The notes below the pieces were generated by a model. It did no database searches, was not told the DNA's origin, and saw only the letters and a program-made list of their open reading frames with translations. Below are positions 19,558 through 29,129 of a stretch of DNA of 64,000 nt, piece after piece. The DNA comes from Candidatus Nomurabacteria bacterium (lineage in GTDB: Bacteria; Patescibacteriota; Minisyncoccia; Phycocordibacterales; UBA5272), in NCBI GenBank assembly GCA_029288775.1, contig JARIGQ010000006.1, forward strand, positions 64,120 to 128,119. Direction: 5' to 3'. Made by a program: the position numbers and the translations under genes. Positions within the stretch are counted from its first letter, which is position 1. Each line of letters starts with the position of its first letter.

Positions 19558-20127
19558 ATGAAGGGCAAGTTCATCGTCTTTGGCGGGGTGAAGTCCCCCT
19601 GGCCCACCATCGAGGTGGTTCAGGAACACGTTCGTTCGAGCGGTGTCGAAACCGTGATCACCAGAGAACCTGGAGGTACGCCCTTTGCGGAGAATATCCG
19701 CAAGCTCCTCCTGGAAGGTGATCATGGTGGCGATTACGGAATCGTGCGAAGCCTCACTCGTGCTGCGCGTATCGAACATGAGCGCAAGGTTGTGGAACCG
19801 GCGCTCGAGCGGGGAGAGCATGTGCTCTGCGATTCCACCGACTATACCAAGTTCCACGAATGGGACACGGTCGTTTCCGAGCAGAGCTTGATCCATTCAG
19901 GTTTCGATCGCGAATGGTTGGTTGGCAAACCGACAATGCTCATCCTGTTCACTCCCTCCGAGATGGATCCGCGGCTCAGGACCATCTTCAACAATGTGGG
20001 GTACACGATGAACACAGGATTCATTTCCTGGGAGACTCTTGTGTACTACGTGGATCCCGGCGACATCCATTCGGTGGAAACGATGTTGGAAGCCTTGAAG
20101 GACCATCTTGCTTTCGAAATCGCCTGA
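19558..20127 (+). CDS. Degenerate thymidylate kinase-like protein
   Basis: Retains MKGKFIVF, TREPGGTPFAENIRKLLL and R..H...VV.PALERG..VLCD; P-loop GK(T/S) and DR motif are lost; AAGGAG SD. Confidence 0.7.
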   Translation: MKGKFIVFGGVKSPWPTIEVVQEHVRSSGVETVITREPGGTPFAENIRKLLLEGDHGGDYGIVRSLTRAARIEHERKVVEPALERGEHVLCDSTDYTKFHEWDTVVSEQSLIHSGFDREWLVGKPTMLILFTPSEMDPRLRTIFNNVGYTMNTGFISWETLVYYVDPGDIHSVETMLEALKDHLAFEIA

Positions 20128-20203
20128 TCACTTCTTGGCCACAGCCCCGCTTGCGCGGGGCTGTTTTCTTTTTAATACTCAGCAAATAAGGTAGTATAGA
20201 TGC

Positions 20204-21904
20204 ATGAATTCCTATTCGGTTATCTATGAGGCGCTTGTAGACCTCTGCAAAAAACAGGGACTTATTGCCTCGTTTTCGCTTGATCAGCCCGACTTGGCGG
20301 AGCATGGTGATTATGCGACCAATATCGCTTTTACGCTTTCTAAATCACTCGGCAAATCTCCAAAAGAAACTGCAGACACCATTGCCATAGAGTTAGCAGC
20401 TTCACTTGAAGACACAATTGAAAAGATAGAGGTTGCTGGCCCTGGATTCATTAATTTCTTTTTGAAGGACGATGTTCGTACGGATGAAGCCGAAGCAGTT
20501 GCGGTAAGCGATATAGTAAATGAGAAAGGAAAAGGGAGCGTGCTTGTGGAATATACCGATCCAAATTGCTTCAAGGTATTTCATATCGGCCACTTGATGG
20601 CAAATACAATTGGTGAAGCAATAGCACGGCTCTATGAAGCAAGTGGGTATGACGTCCTGCGTGTATGTTATCCCTCCGATATTGGGTTAAACGTTGCCAA
20701 GGGTGTGTGGGGTGTTATGCAATTAGCCTCCGAAAAGCCCGATGAAAGTGCTTCGCTTAAAGAAAAAGTTGCTTTCTTAGGGAAAGCTTACGCGTATGCT
20801 CATCAAAAGTATGAAGAAAGCGAAGAAAATAAGCAGGCGATTGTAGAGGTGAACAAAGCTATCTATGCCGGAAACGACGCACAAGTAATGGGGGTGTATG
20901 CGGAAGGTCGGGCGCTTTCTTTGGAATATTTTGAAACCCTGTACGCAATGCTTGGAACAAAGTTTGATGCATACGTATATGAATCTGAAGTTGCAGATCC
21001 AGGAAAGGTGATTGTGAAAGCGTACATGGGAAGCATTTTTGAAGAATCTGAAGGAGCAATTGTATATAAAGGGGAGCAAGACGGATTACATACCAGAGTG
21101 TTTATTAATTCTGTGGGACTCCCTACATATGAGACCAAAGATATTGGCAACTACGAAAGGAAACTTTCTCTTCTTCCAAATGCGGATAGATATGTGGTAG
21201 TAACCGCCCAGGAGCAGGCCGAATATTTTAAGGTGATCAACAAAGTGGAAGAAAAACTCCACCCTGAGCTTACCGGAAAGCTGGTGCATATTAGTCATGG
21301 CATGATGCGTCTTGCATCCGGTAAAATGTCATCCCGAACAGGGAACGTAATTGGTGGGGAAGATTTGATTGATAAGATCAAGGAAGTGCTTTCTGCGCGA
21401 TTGGAAGATATGAAGGTAGAGGAAATAGATAAACCAAAACTTCTCAACGATATTGCAGTTGGTGCAGTGAAGTTTTCCATACTTAAGCAAGCACCGGGAA
21501 AAGATACGGTATTTGATTTTGAAAAATCTATCTCGTTTGAGGGGGACTCCGGTCCGTATTTGCAGTATACGCACGCTCGTATATGTGCGCTCTTGGATCG
21601 GGCGGAGGAGGTGGGGATTGATATTGAAAGCTATGCAATAGAACATCCAGAACGAGAACTTGAACAGGTAATCATTGGTTATAATCAAGCACTTGAAAAG
21701 GCATGTACGGAACTTGCCCCTCAATCAATTTTGCAACATCTTCTTAAGCTTACGCGCGCATTTAATAATATGTACGGCCGCGAGCAGATCATTCGCGATG
21801 ATAAGGAATTAAGTGCGTATTATATGATGCTTACGCAAGCGACAAAAAACATTTTAGGTCACGGACTTTCGACGCTTGGTATTGTGGCTCCGGAGAGGAT
21901 GTGA
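20204..21904 (+). CDS. argS: Arginine--tRNA ligase
   Basis: HGDYATN, AGPGFINF, HIGH, KMSSR, FEGDSGPYLQYTHAR, terminal PERM. Confidence 0.97.
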   Translation: MNSYSVIYEALVDLCKKQGLIASFSLDQPDLAEHGDYATNIAFTLSKSLGKSPKETADTIAIELAASLEDTIEKIEVAGPGFINFFLKDDVRTDEAEAVAVSDIVNEKGKGSVLVEYTDPNCFKVFHIGHLMANTIGEAIARLYEASGYDVLRVCYPSDIGLNVAKGVWGVMQLASEKPDESASLKEKVAFLGKAYAYAHQKYEESEENKQAIVEVNKAIYAGNDAQVMGVYAEGRALSLEYFETLYAMLGTKFDAYVYESEVADPGKVIVKAYMGSIFEESEGAIVYKGEQDGLHTRVFINSVGLPTYETKDIGNYERKLSLLPNADRYVVVTAQEQAEYFKVINKVEEKLHPELTGKLVHISHGMMRLASGKMSSRTGNVIGGEDLIDKIKEVLSARLEDMKVEEIDKPKLLNDIAVGAVKFSILKQAPGKDTVFDFEKSISFEGDSGPYLQYTHARICALLDRAEEVGIDIESYAIEHPERELEQVIIGYNQALEKACTELAPQSILQHLLKLTRAFNNMYGREQIIRDDKELSAYYMMLTQATKNILGHGLSTLGIVAPERM

Positions 21905-21944
21905 TCTTACTTGCACAACTTTTAAAGTGCGATAGTATACGTAT

Positions 21945-22130
21945 ATGGCGATGACGGGAGTAATCACCCCTGAGCTTCGGGAAGAAAGTCGAAAGGCAAG
22001 TAGAACCCAGTGAATGAGGTCCAAGAAGGGAAACCGACGAGGACAAATCAAGGTGGTACCACGGGAATCTTTTGAAACTCGTCCTTGGAAAGCAATATCA
22101 AACATTGCTTCTCAAGGACGAGTTTTTATT
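21945..22130 (+). promoter_or_regulatory. T-box riboswitch (Ile) with transcription terminator
   Basis: T-box AAGGTGGTACCACGG at about 22050; GA motifs; ATC specifier in a short stem I; AGTA/GAA stem II; terminator AAACTCGTCCTTG..CAAGGACGAGTTTTT. Confidence 0.9.
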
Positions 22131-22145
22131 TTTAATTACAAACAT

Positions 22146-25100
22146 ATGAACGATACACCCAAATCAATAAACGAAAAGGAACTAGAAACGCTTGCGTTCT
22201 GGAAAGAACATGCGATTTTTGAAAAGTCGGTGGAAACGCCAGCCGGGGATACACCCAAAGGATCCTTTTCATTTTATGATGGTCCACCATTTGCAACAGG
22301 TACTCCGCATATGGGGCATATTTTGGCTGGAACAATTAAGGATGCAATTCCGCGGTACCAAACGATGAAAGGTAATTCCGTCCGCCGTGTATGGGGATGG
22401 GATTGCCATGGGCTTCCAATTGAAAATTTGATTGAAAAGAAGCTCGGTCTTCAGTCAAAGAAAGATATTGAAAGCTTCGGTATAGATAAGTTTAATCGTG
22501 ACGCGTTTGAGTCAGTGCTTCAATATGAAGAGGAATGGAAGAAGGCAATTCCTCGATTGGGTCGTTTTGTAGATATGGAGCATCCCTACAAGACGATGGA
22601 TTGGAGTTATACCGAAAGCGTATGGTGGTCATGGAAAACTTTGTATGAAAAGGGGCTTGCTTACGAAGGGAACAAAATGATGCATATTTGTCCTCGTTGC
22701 GAGACACCGCTTGCACAATCTGAAGTAGGACTTGAATATCATGATGTTACTGACCTTTCGGTGACGGCAAAATTTGAGCTAGTGGATGAACCGGGAACAT
22801 ATGTACTTGCGTGGACAACAACGCCGTGGACTCTTCCGGGGAATACGGCACTTGCTCTAAAAGAGGATGCTCACTATGTAAAGGTTTCCATTGAAGGAAT
22901 GGGAGGGCTGTATGTGCTCGCTCAAGAAAGAATAGAAGAGGTGCTTAAAGAAATGAAGTACGAAGTGCGGGATACTTTTGTTGGCAGTTCACTTATCGGT
23001 AAATCATATAAGCCTGTATTCCCTTATTTTATAGACAAGAATATTGAAAACAAGGAACAGATCTGGAAGATTTGGCATGCAGAATTCATTACTCTTGATA
23101 CTGGAACTGGTATCGCCCATGAAGCTCCTGCTTTTGGTGCCGAAGATATGGATCTTGCAAAAGCACACACCATTCCCGTGATCAAGCATGTGAAGATGGA
23201 CGGAACGTTTACTGAGGATGTGACAGATTTTGCTGGCATGAAAGTGAAGGTTAAGGACGATACGCAATCTGCTGATATTGAGATCATTAAATATTTGGCA
23301 CACAACGGTTTGCTTTTCGAAAAGCATAAAATCGTCCACTCCTATCCACTCTGCTGGCGATGCAAGACTCCGCTTCTTAATTACGCGACATCGTCTTGGT
23401 TTGTGGATGTGCCAAAGATGAAGGAAAAGCTTTTAAATGAAAATCAAAAAATTGGTTGGACTCCAGACCATATTCGCGAGGGGCGATTTGGGAGATGGCT
23501 TGAAGGCGCACGGGAATGGGCCGTATCACGCTCGCGTTATTGGGGTGCGCCGCTTCCTGTGTGGAAGTCCGCTTCAGGTGACGTGAAAGTCATTGGCAGC
23601 TTAAAGGAGCTTGCGACCCTTTCTACAAAAAAGTCGAAGAATACTTATTTTGCAATTCGACACGGTGAAGCAAAGAGTAATATCGATAATATGCTCGATA
23701 GTTATGGTGATAAGAATAATCATCTGACGGATTTGGGTAAGGAACGCGCACGACATGCGGGACATTTTGCAAAAGAACAGGGAATAGATCTTATTATTCA
23801 TTCACCACTTCTACGTACGAGGGAAACGGCAGGCATCATTCATGAAGCGTGCGGCGCCTCCACAGTGGAAGATGTTCGACTGCAGGAATTCCAAGGAGGA
23901 ATCTTTTCTGGAAAACCTATTCACGAGCTCCGTTCATTTCAGCATTCCTCGACTTTCACCTTTGACTCCAAAGTGGAAAATGGAGAATCATATCGCGAAG
24001 TTATGCATCGTGTCATGTCACTTCTTCATGAGTGCGAAACAAAGTACAAAGGAAAGAAGATTCTTTTTGTGACTCATGGTTCTCCACTCTGGATGCTTCA
24101 AGCGGGAGCAGAATTAAAGACCGATGAGGAGCTTTATGGGGAAATTGCTTCCCATGAAGATACGTCTCCTGCCCACGCGCACGTCATTCCGATTAAGCCG
24201 CTTCTTGTGCCTCGAGATGAAACTGGTGCAATTAACCTTCATCGCCCGTATATTGATGAAGTTGAGTTAGAGATAGAAGGGAAGCTGTATAGGCGTATTG
24301 GAGATGTCTTTGATTGCTGGTATGAATCAGGCTCCATGCCGTTTGCGCAACTCCATTACCCCTTTGAGAATAAAGAGGTGTTTGATAAAAATTTCCCGGC
24401 AGACTTTATTGCTGAAGGGTTGGATCAGACCCGTGGGTGGTTCTATTCGCTGATTAATCTAGGGGTGGGCCTGTTTGATAAGGCTCCTTATAAGCATGTC
24501 ATTGTAAATGGTTTGGTGATGGCTGAAACTGGGCAAAAGCTCTCTAAAAGTGAAAAAAATTATACCGATCCCATGGAGCTTGTGGCGCGCTATGGAGCGG
24601 ATGCGGTGCGTTATGCTTTGCTTTCTTCACCAGTTGTAAAAGGGGAGAATGTTCAGTTTGGTGATAAAACAGTAGAAGATGTATATAAGAAGGTTATTCA
24701 GCGTTTGGAAAATGTCGTGTCTCTTTATGAAATGAATAAAGATACCTCCTACGAAGCAAACCCTGCTTCTCGTAATGTGCTTGATAGATGGATCGTCTCT
24801 CGTGTACATGAGCTCGTAGCAAGGGCAACTAAAGGATATGATACGTATACGCTTGATGAAGCAACCTACCCGCTTGATCAGTTCGTAGATGATTTGTCTG
24901 TATGGTATGTACGTCGCAGTCGAGATCGTCTTAAGGGGGATACCGGGGAAGAGGACAAAAGACTCTCTTATGAAACACTCACGTATGTATTGATCACGGT
25001 TGCTAAAGTGATTGCTCCCGTTATGCCATTTTTAGCGGAACGTTTGTATCAAACGGTGTGTACAGCTCGAGAGTCGGTGCACCTTGAAAGCTGGCCAGAG

Positions 25101-25574
25101 AGCGGAGTAATAGAGGAAGATGTTCTTACAGAAATGAGAAAAGTGCGGGAGGTTGTAACTCAAGCGCTTGCCAAGCGTACCGAAAGTAAGATTGCTGTCC
25201 GTCAACCGCTCGCGAAACTTACTGTTAAAGAAACAATCCATAAGGAGTATGAAGCAATTCTTCTTGATGAACTTAATGTTAAAGAGCTTGCAATCGATTC
25301 TTCGCTTGCCGAGCCATGTGTACTCGACACTGCACTTACTGAGACGCTCAAGCAAGAAGGCGACGTACGTAATCTTATGCGTGCAATTCAGGACGCTCGC
25401 AAGGAAAAGGGTCTTACCCCTAAGGATACAGTGACGCTGAGTGTTTCGTATACTGTACCAGATGCATTTAGGGACATGCTGATGGCTACTTGTCGTGTAG
25501 TTGCAATTGAAGAAGGTGAAGGTCCGTACGGAGCGGAAACATCTCAAGGAAGAATAACCTTCGATCTTCGTTAA
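22146..25574 (+). CDS. ileS: Isoleucine--tRNA ligase (type 2) with inserted histidine-phosphatase domain
   Basis: DGPPFATG.PHMGH, GWDCHGLP, WTTTPWTLP, DQTRGWFYSL and KLSKS; start placed after the T-box leader. Confidence 0.97.
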   Translation: MNDTPKSINEKELETLAFWKEHAIFEKSVETPAGDTPKGSFSFYDGPPFATGTPHMGHILAGTIKDAIPRYQTMKGNSVRRVWGWDCHGLPIENLIEKKLGLQSKKDIESFGIDKFNRDAFESVLQYEEEWKKAIPRLGRFVDMEHPYKTMDWSYTESVWWSWKTLYEKGLAYEGNKMMHICPRCETPLAQSEVGLEYHDVTDLSVTAKFELVDEPGTYVLAWTTTPWTLPGNTALALKEDAHYVKVSIEGMGGLYVLAQERIEEVLKEMKYEVRDTFVGSSLIGKSYKPVFPYFIDKNIENKEQIWKIWHAEFITLDTGTGIAHEAPAFGAEDMDLAKAHTIPVIKHVKMDGTFTEDVTDFAGMKVKVKDDTQSADIEIIKYLAHNGLLFEKHKIVHSYPLCWRCKTPLLNYATSSWFVDVPKMKEKLLNENQKIGWTPDHIREGRFGRWLEGAREWAVSRSRYWGAPLPVWKSASGDVKVIGSLKELATLSTKKSKNTYFAIRHGEAKSNIDNMLDSYGDKNNHLTDLGKERARHAGHFAKEQGIDLIIHSPLLRTRETAGIIHEACGASTVEDVRLQEFQGGIFSGKPIHELRSFQHSSTFTFDSKVENGESYREVMHRVMSLLHECETKYKGKKILFVTHGSPLWMLQAGAELKTDEELYGEIASHEDTSPAHAHVIPIKPLLVPRDETGAINLHRPYIDEVELEIEGKLYRRIGDVFDCWYESGSMPFAQLHYPFENKEVFDKNFPADFIAEGLDQTRGWFYSLINLGVGLFDKAPYKHVIVNGLVMAETGQKLSKSEKNYTDPMELVARYGADAVRYALLSSPVVKGENVQFGDKTVEDVYKKVIQRLENVVSLYEMNKDTSYEANPASRNVLDRWIVSRVHELVARATKGYDTYTLDEATYPLDQFVDDLSVWYVRRSRDRLKGDTGEEDKRLSYETLTYVLITVAKVIAPVMPFLAERLYQTVCTARESVHLESWPESGVIEEDVLTEMRKVREVVTQALAKRTESKIAVRQPLAKLTVKETIHKEYEAILLDELNVKELAIDSSLAEPCVLDTALTETLKQEGDVRNLMRAIQDARKEKGLTPKDTVTLSVSYTVPDAFRDMLMATCRVVAIEEGEGPYGAETSQGRITFDLR

Positions 25575-26140
25575 TGGCAATTGAAAAGCATACAACTGAA
25601 GCGATAGTTATAGAGCATTTTGATCAAGGAGAACATGACCGGGTATATAAGTTATTTACTCGTGACTTCGGTTTGGTCATGGCTCATGCTAAAAGTGTTC
25701 GCAAATTAGAGAGTAAGCTCCGTGCCCACATACAACCGCGCAGTGTTACCCTGGTAACGCTTGTGCGTGGAAAGGAGGTATGGCGGCTTGTCGGTGCGCA
25801 AGAAGAAAAAAGCAGAGATACGTTTGGGGGTCTTGGGCTTATGGAAGCCTCGCTTCTTATTAAGCGCCTTATTCGCGGAGAGGGGGCACATAAATCTCTG
25901 TATGCTCGAATCTTGGAATTTGCTTCTGTGGAGTCTTCGCTCGACAAGCAAAAAGCACGTTTACTTTTATATTACTTCATGTTGGTTGAGCTTGGGTATG
26001 CTGATGCTAAAGTGATAGGGGCTAAAGATCTTAAAGAATATATTTCTTGGAATATGCAGGATATGTATACTCATCTTCTTCTTTCGTTTGAGGGTGTACG
26101 GAAACACGTGTATGAAGTGTTAAAAGAAATCCAATTGTAA
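25574..26140 (+). CDS. recO: DNA repair protein RecO (short form)
   Basis: GEHDR...LFTRDFG.V.A.AKSVRK..SKL N-terminal OB motif. Confidence 0.85.
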   Translation: MAIEKHTTEAIVIEHFDQGEHDRVYKLFTRDFGLVMAHAKSVRKLESKLRAHIQPRSVTLVTLVRGKEVWRLVGAQEEKSRDTFGGLGLMEASLLIKRLIRGEGAHKSLYARILEFASVESSLDKQKARLLLYYFMLVELGYADAKVIGAKDLKEYISWNMQDMYTHLLLSFEGVRKHVYEVLKEIQL

Positions 26141-26173
26141 GTTAAGAAGGCTTATTTTTGCTATACTTACAGT

Positions 26174-28039
26174 ATGGATAACCAGGAAGATGAGGGGGCT
26201 CTGGAGTCACTTGAGTCAAAACTGTACGACCCTCGGGGAAAAATTGAAAACCTTACCTTTCACCACGTGCGAGACAGAAAGGAGAAAGAGCTTCCTACTT
26301 CATGGGGAGATGACGCTTTGGTTATACACGAATCAGAAGCTGAGAGCGGTCTTTCCTTTGGTGCCAAATTTTTAGTAGGAGCAGTCATTCTGCTTATCTT
26401 TGTGCTTGGTTTTGCAGCGTGGCGTGTTTTTTCAAATCGTAATGTTGTTTCAGATAAGAATATTGATCTTTCTTTAAACGTTGCGCCGTATGTGGATGGT
26501 GGAGAATCCACGCCACTTGTAGTGAACCTTACTAACAAAAACAATGTTCCTCTTGAAGAAGCCACTCTTACCCTCATGTATAAGCAGGGAATAAGCGCGG
26601 AAGATGAAGAGGAAAAAATTCAAGAAAAGGAATCCTTGGGAACTATTAATTCCGGAGAGTTTAAGCAGCAAGATTTTGATATTCAGTTGTATGGGAGCGA
26701 AGCCGAAACTCGTGACGTAACAGTAAAATTGGATTACAAGGTAAAGGGCTCCAACGCAGTGTTTAGTAAAACTGGCGTAGCGCATGTTGTACTTAAGACA
26801 CCGCCACTTTCCATTCAGGTGAGCGGACCGAAATTACTTTCCGTGGGTCAGACTGGGACATATGTCTTTACGGTGTATAACACTACTGCAACCACAAGTC
26901 AGCCGGCATTACTTCAAGCGACACTTCCAACCACGTTCCATTTAAGTGAACAATCTCCAGTGCCAAGTAATGCAAGAAATGAACTTTGGCCTATAGCGGC
27001 TCTAGCTCCCGGAGCGACAACTACTATTTCCATTACCGGAAGTTTGGGAGGCAACCAGGGTGAAACTGGCACCATAAAAGCGGCGGTTGGATCTCCTGGC
27101 GCTCAGCTTGCGTCGCTTGGTGTCGTCTATTCGTTGCAAACTTTTGATATCTCATTGAGAACCTCTCCACTCTCCACTTCATTTTCATTAGATACTCTAC
27201 GAGGCACAAGTGATACTTTGCTGTATGGTGACCGTGCAACTATTTCTATTCATTACAAGAATACGAGTTCGGACCCCATTCACGATACTCGTCTTGTGCT
27301 TTCCATTTCTGGAAACGCGCCGCTTATGAAAGGTGTTACTACCGATCGTGGGTATTATGATTCTTCGCAAGGAACCATTACCTGGGATAAGGCAACAGAT
27401 CCTCAATTCGGTGTCCTTGACCAAGGAGAAGAGGGAACGCTCATTGTAACCATTCCCATCGTGTCTTCTGGATCTAATTCTCCAAAACTTGAGCTTACCT
27501 TGGCAGGTGAGGGGACGCTTGCTTCACCGGATGATGTCACGACAACTATTTCTAAAACTTATGTTGTCCAAGGGAGTGCTAGTGTTTCCGGATCGGTGCA
27601 TTATAAAAATGCTCCGTTCCAAAATTCCGGACCCATTCCGCCACAGCCGAATGTGGACACTACGTATTCACTTCATTTTGGGGTTTCGGCTCAGAACGCG
27701 CTTCAAAACACCACTGTGTCTTTCATCTTACCGGCGTATGTAACATGGAAGAATCTTATCACTGGGGGCGCTAATGTGGCATACGATACCGGCACACGCA
27801 CGGTCACTTGGACAGTCGGCAATCTAGAAGCAGGAAAGACAACTGCAGTAGATATTGGCGTTTCGGTACGTCCTTCACAGGTGCATGTGGGTTCCATGCC
27901 ACCAATTACAAGCGGCATAGTACTTAATGCAGACGAAGTGGTTTCAAAGGCGCATATTAAGACCACACTCTCGCCTTTGACTACCTACATAAGTGGGGAA
28001 ACTTGGCCTACGGACCCTTCTACTGTGGTAGACAAATAG
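26174..28039 (+). CDS. Membrane-anchored beta-sandwich repeat (DUF11-like) surface protein
   Basis: N-terminal TM; repeated Ig-like strands (TVTWTVGNL.AG); NSGPIPP motif. Confidence 0.75.
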   Translation: MDNQEDEGALESLESKLYDPRGKIENLTFHHVRDRKEKELPTSWGDDALVIHESEAESGLSFGAKFLVGAVILLIFVLGFAAWRVFSNRNVVSDKNIDLSLNVAPYVDGGESTPLVVNLTNKNNVPLEEATLTLMYKQGISAEDEEEKIQEKESLGTINSGEFKQQDFDIQLYGSEAETRDVTVKLDYKVKGSNAVFSKTGVAHVVLKTPPLSIQVSGPKLLSVGQTGTYVFTVYNTTATTSQPALLQATLPTTFHLSEQSPVPSNARNELWPIAALAPGATTTISITGSLGGNQGETGTIKAAVGSPGAQLASLGVVYSLQTFDISLRTSPLSTSFSLDTLRGTSDTLLYGDRATISIHYKNTSSDPIHDTRLVLSISGNAPLMKGVTTDRGYYDSSQGTITWDKATDPQFGVLDQGEEGTLIVTIPIVSSGSNSPKLELTLAGEGTLASPDDVTTTISKTYVVQGSASVSGSVHYKNAPFQNSGPIPPQPNVDTTYSLHFGVSAQNALQNTTVSFILPAYVTWKNLITGGANVAYDTGTRTVTWTVGNLEAGKTTAVDIGVSVRPSQVHVGSMPPITSGIVLNADEVVSKAHIKTTLSPLTTYISGETWPTDPSTVVDK

Positions 28040-28077
28040 CTCGTGCTAAGGCGAGCGCGCCGTGGTAGGATACAGGT

Positions 28078-29127
28078 ATGAAAGAAACAGTCTCCGTTTC
28101 CATAAGCTCGGGAACAATTGTGAAGACCATTTTATGGCTCACTATTTTTGCTGGTCTTTTCTATGTGCGTGATTTTGTGATTGCGCTTTTTGTTGCAGTA
28201 GTACTTGCTTCTGCTGCGGAAATACCAGTTCGCGCTCTTATGCGCCTTGGTCTTCCCCGTGGGATTTCTGTGGCATGTCTTTTTCTTTTCTTTGTAGCAC
28301 TTATTGCTGCCGCTTCTTTCATATTCATTCCACCACTTGTGGATGATATGGCTCGTTTTGTTCAGACACTTCCACAAGTGCTTGATTCCGTGCGTATCTT
28401 TGGTCGTGATATGGGATTCAAAGATCTTTCGTTATATGTTCAGGACCTCTCCAGGACTATAGACAAAGGACAGATTCTTACGGTGCTTAAAAATACGTTT
28501 TTTGGGGCAAGTGGTGTATTTGTAACCTCTGCGCGAGTGGTTGCAAGTGTATTTAACCTTGTGCTCACGTTTGTGCTTGCGTTTTATCTTGCTCTTGATG
28601 AAAAAGGGGTACAGAAATTTTTACGTCTCATTGTTCCCAAGGAGCATGAAAATTATGTAGAAGACCTTTGGATGCGTTCGCAGCGGAAAATTGGCTTGTG
28701 GATGCAAGGACAACTCCTCTTGTCGCTTCTGGTTTCGCTATTGGTATATATTCCAATGCTCATTCTAGGTATGCCGTATGCAGCTCTCTTAGGTGTGCTT
28801 GCTTTTATTGGCGAACTTATTCCCATTGTTGGCCTTACATTTGCGGCCATCCCTGCGCTTTTTTTAGCGTGGACGCATGGCGGCATGACACTCCTTGGTA
28901 TCGTTGCGCTTATTCTCTTTATCATTGGCCAGCTTGAAAATCATGTGCTGTATCCGCGCGTAATGAACAAGATGGTTGGTGTTCCTTCAGTGATTGTCAT
29001 CATTGCCTTGGTGATGGGGGCCAAGTTTGCAGGTATTTGGGGGGTGATTCTTTCGGTTCCGGTGGCAGCCATTTTCATGGAAGTGGCAACCGATCATAAT
29101 AAGCGCAAGCAAGGCTATATAGGCTAA
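28078..29127 (+). CDS. AI-2E (PerM) family transporter
   Basis: W..GQ, ELIP.VG, QLEN..L.PRVM and G..G.ILSVP.AA. Confidence 0.9.
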   Translation: MKETVSVSISSGTIVKTILWLTIFAGLFYVRDFVIALFVAVVLASAAEIPVRALMRLGLPRGISVACLFLFFVALIAAASFIFIPPLVDDMARFVQTLPQVLDSVRIFGRDMGFKDLSLYVQDLSRTIDKGQILTVLKNTFFGASGVFVTSARVVASVFNLVLTFVLAFYLALDEKGVQKFLRLIVPKEHENYVEDLWMRSQRKIGLWMQGQLLLSLLVSLLVYIPMLILGMPYAALLGVLAFIGELIPIVGLTFAAIPALFLAWTHGGMTLLGIVALILFIIGQLENHVLYPRVMNKMVGVPSVIVIIALVMGAKFAGIWGVILSVPVAAIFMEVATDHNKRKQGYIG

Positions 29128-29129
29128 CT

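Noticed and set aside
18850-19896. 348-aa minus-strand ORF
   Set aside because: Antisense to two tmk genes and crosses their terminator; shadow ORF
15364-20127. Prophage
   Set aside because: No integrase, structural, terminase or lysis genes, and no att repeats found
22014-22145. N-terminal extension of IleRS in the ORF track
   Set aside because: Runs through the T-box and its terminator; the real start is the ATG at 22146
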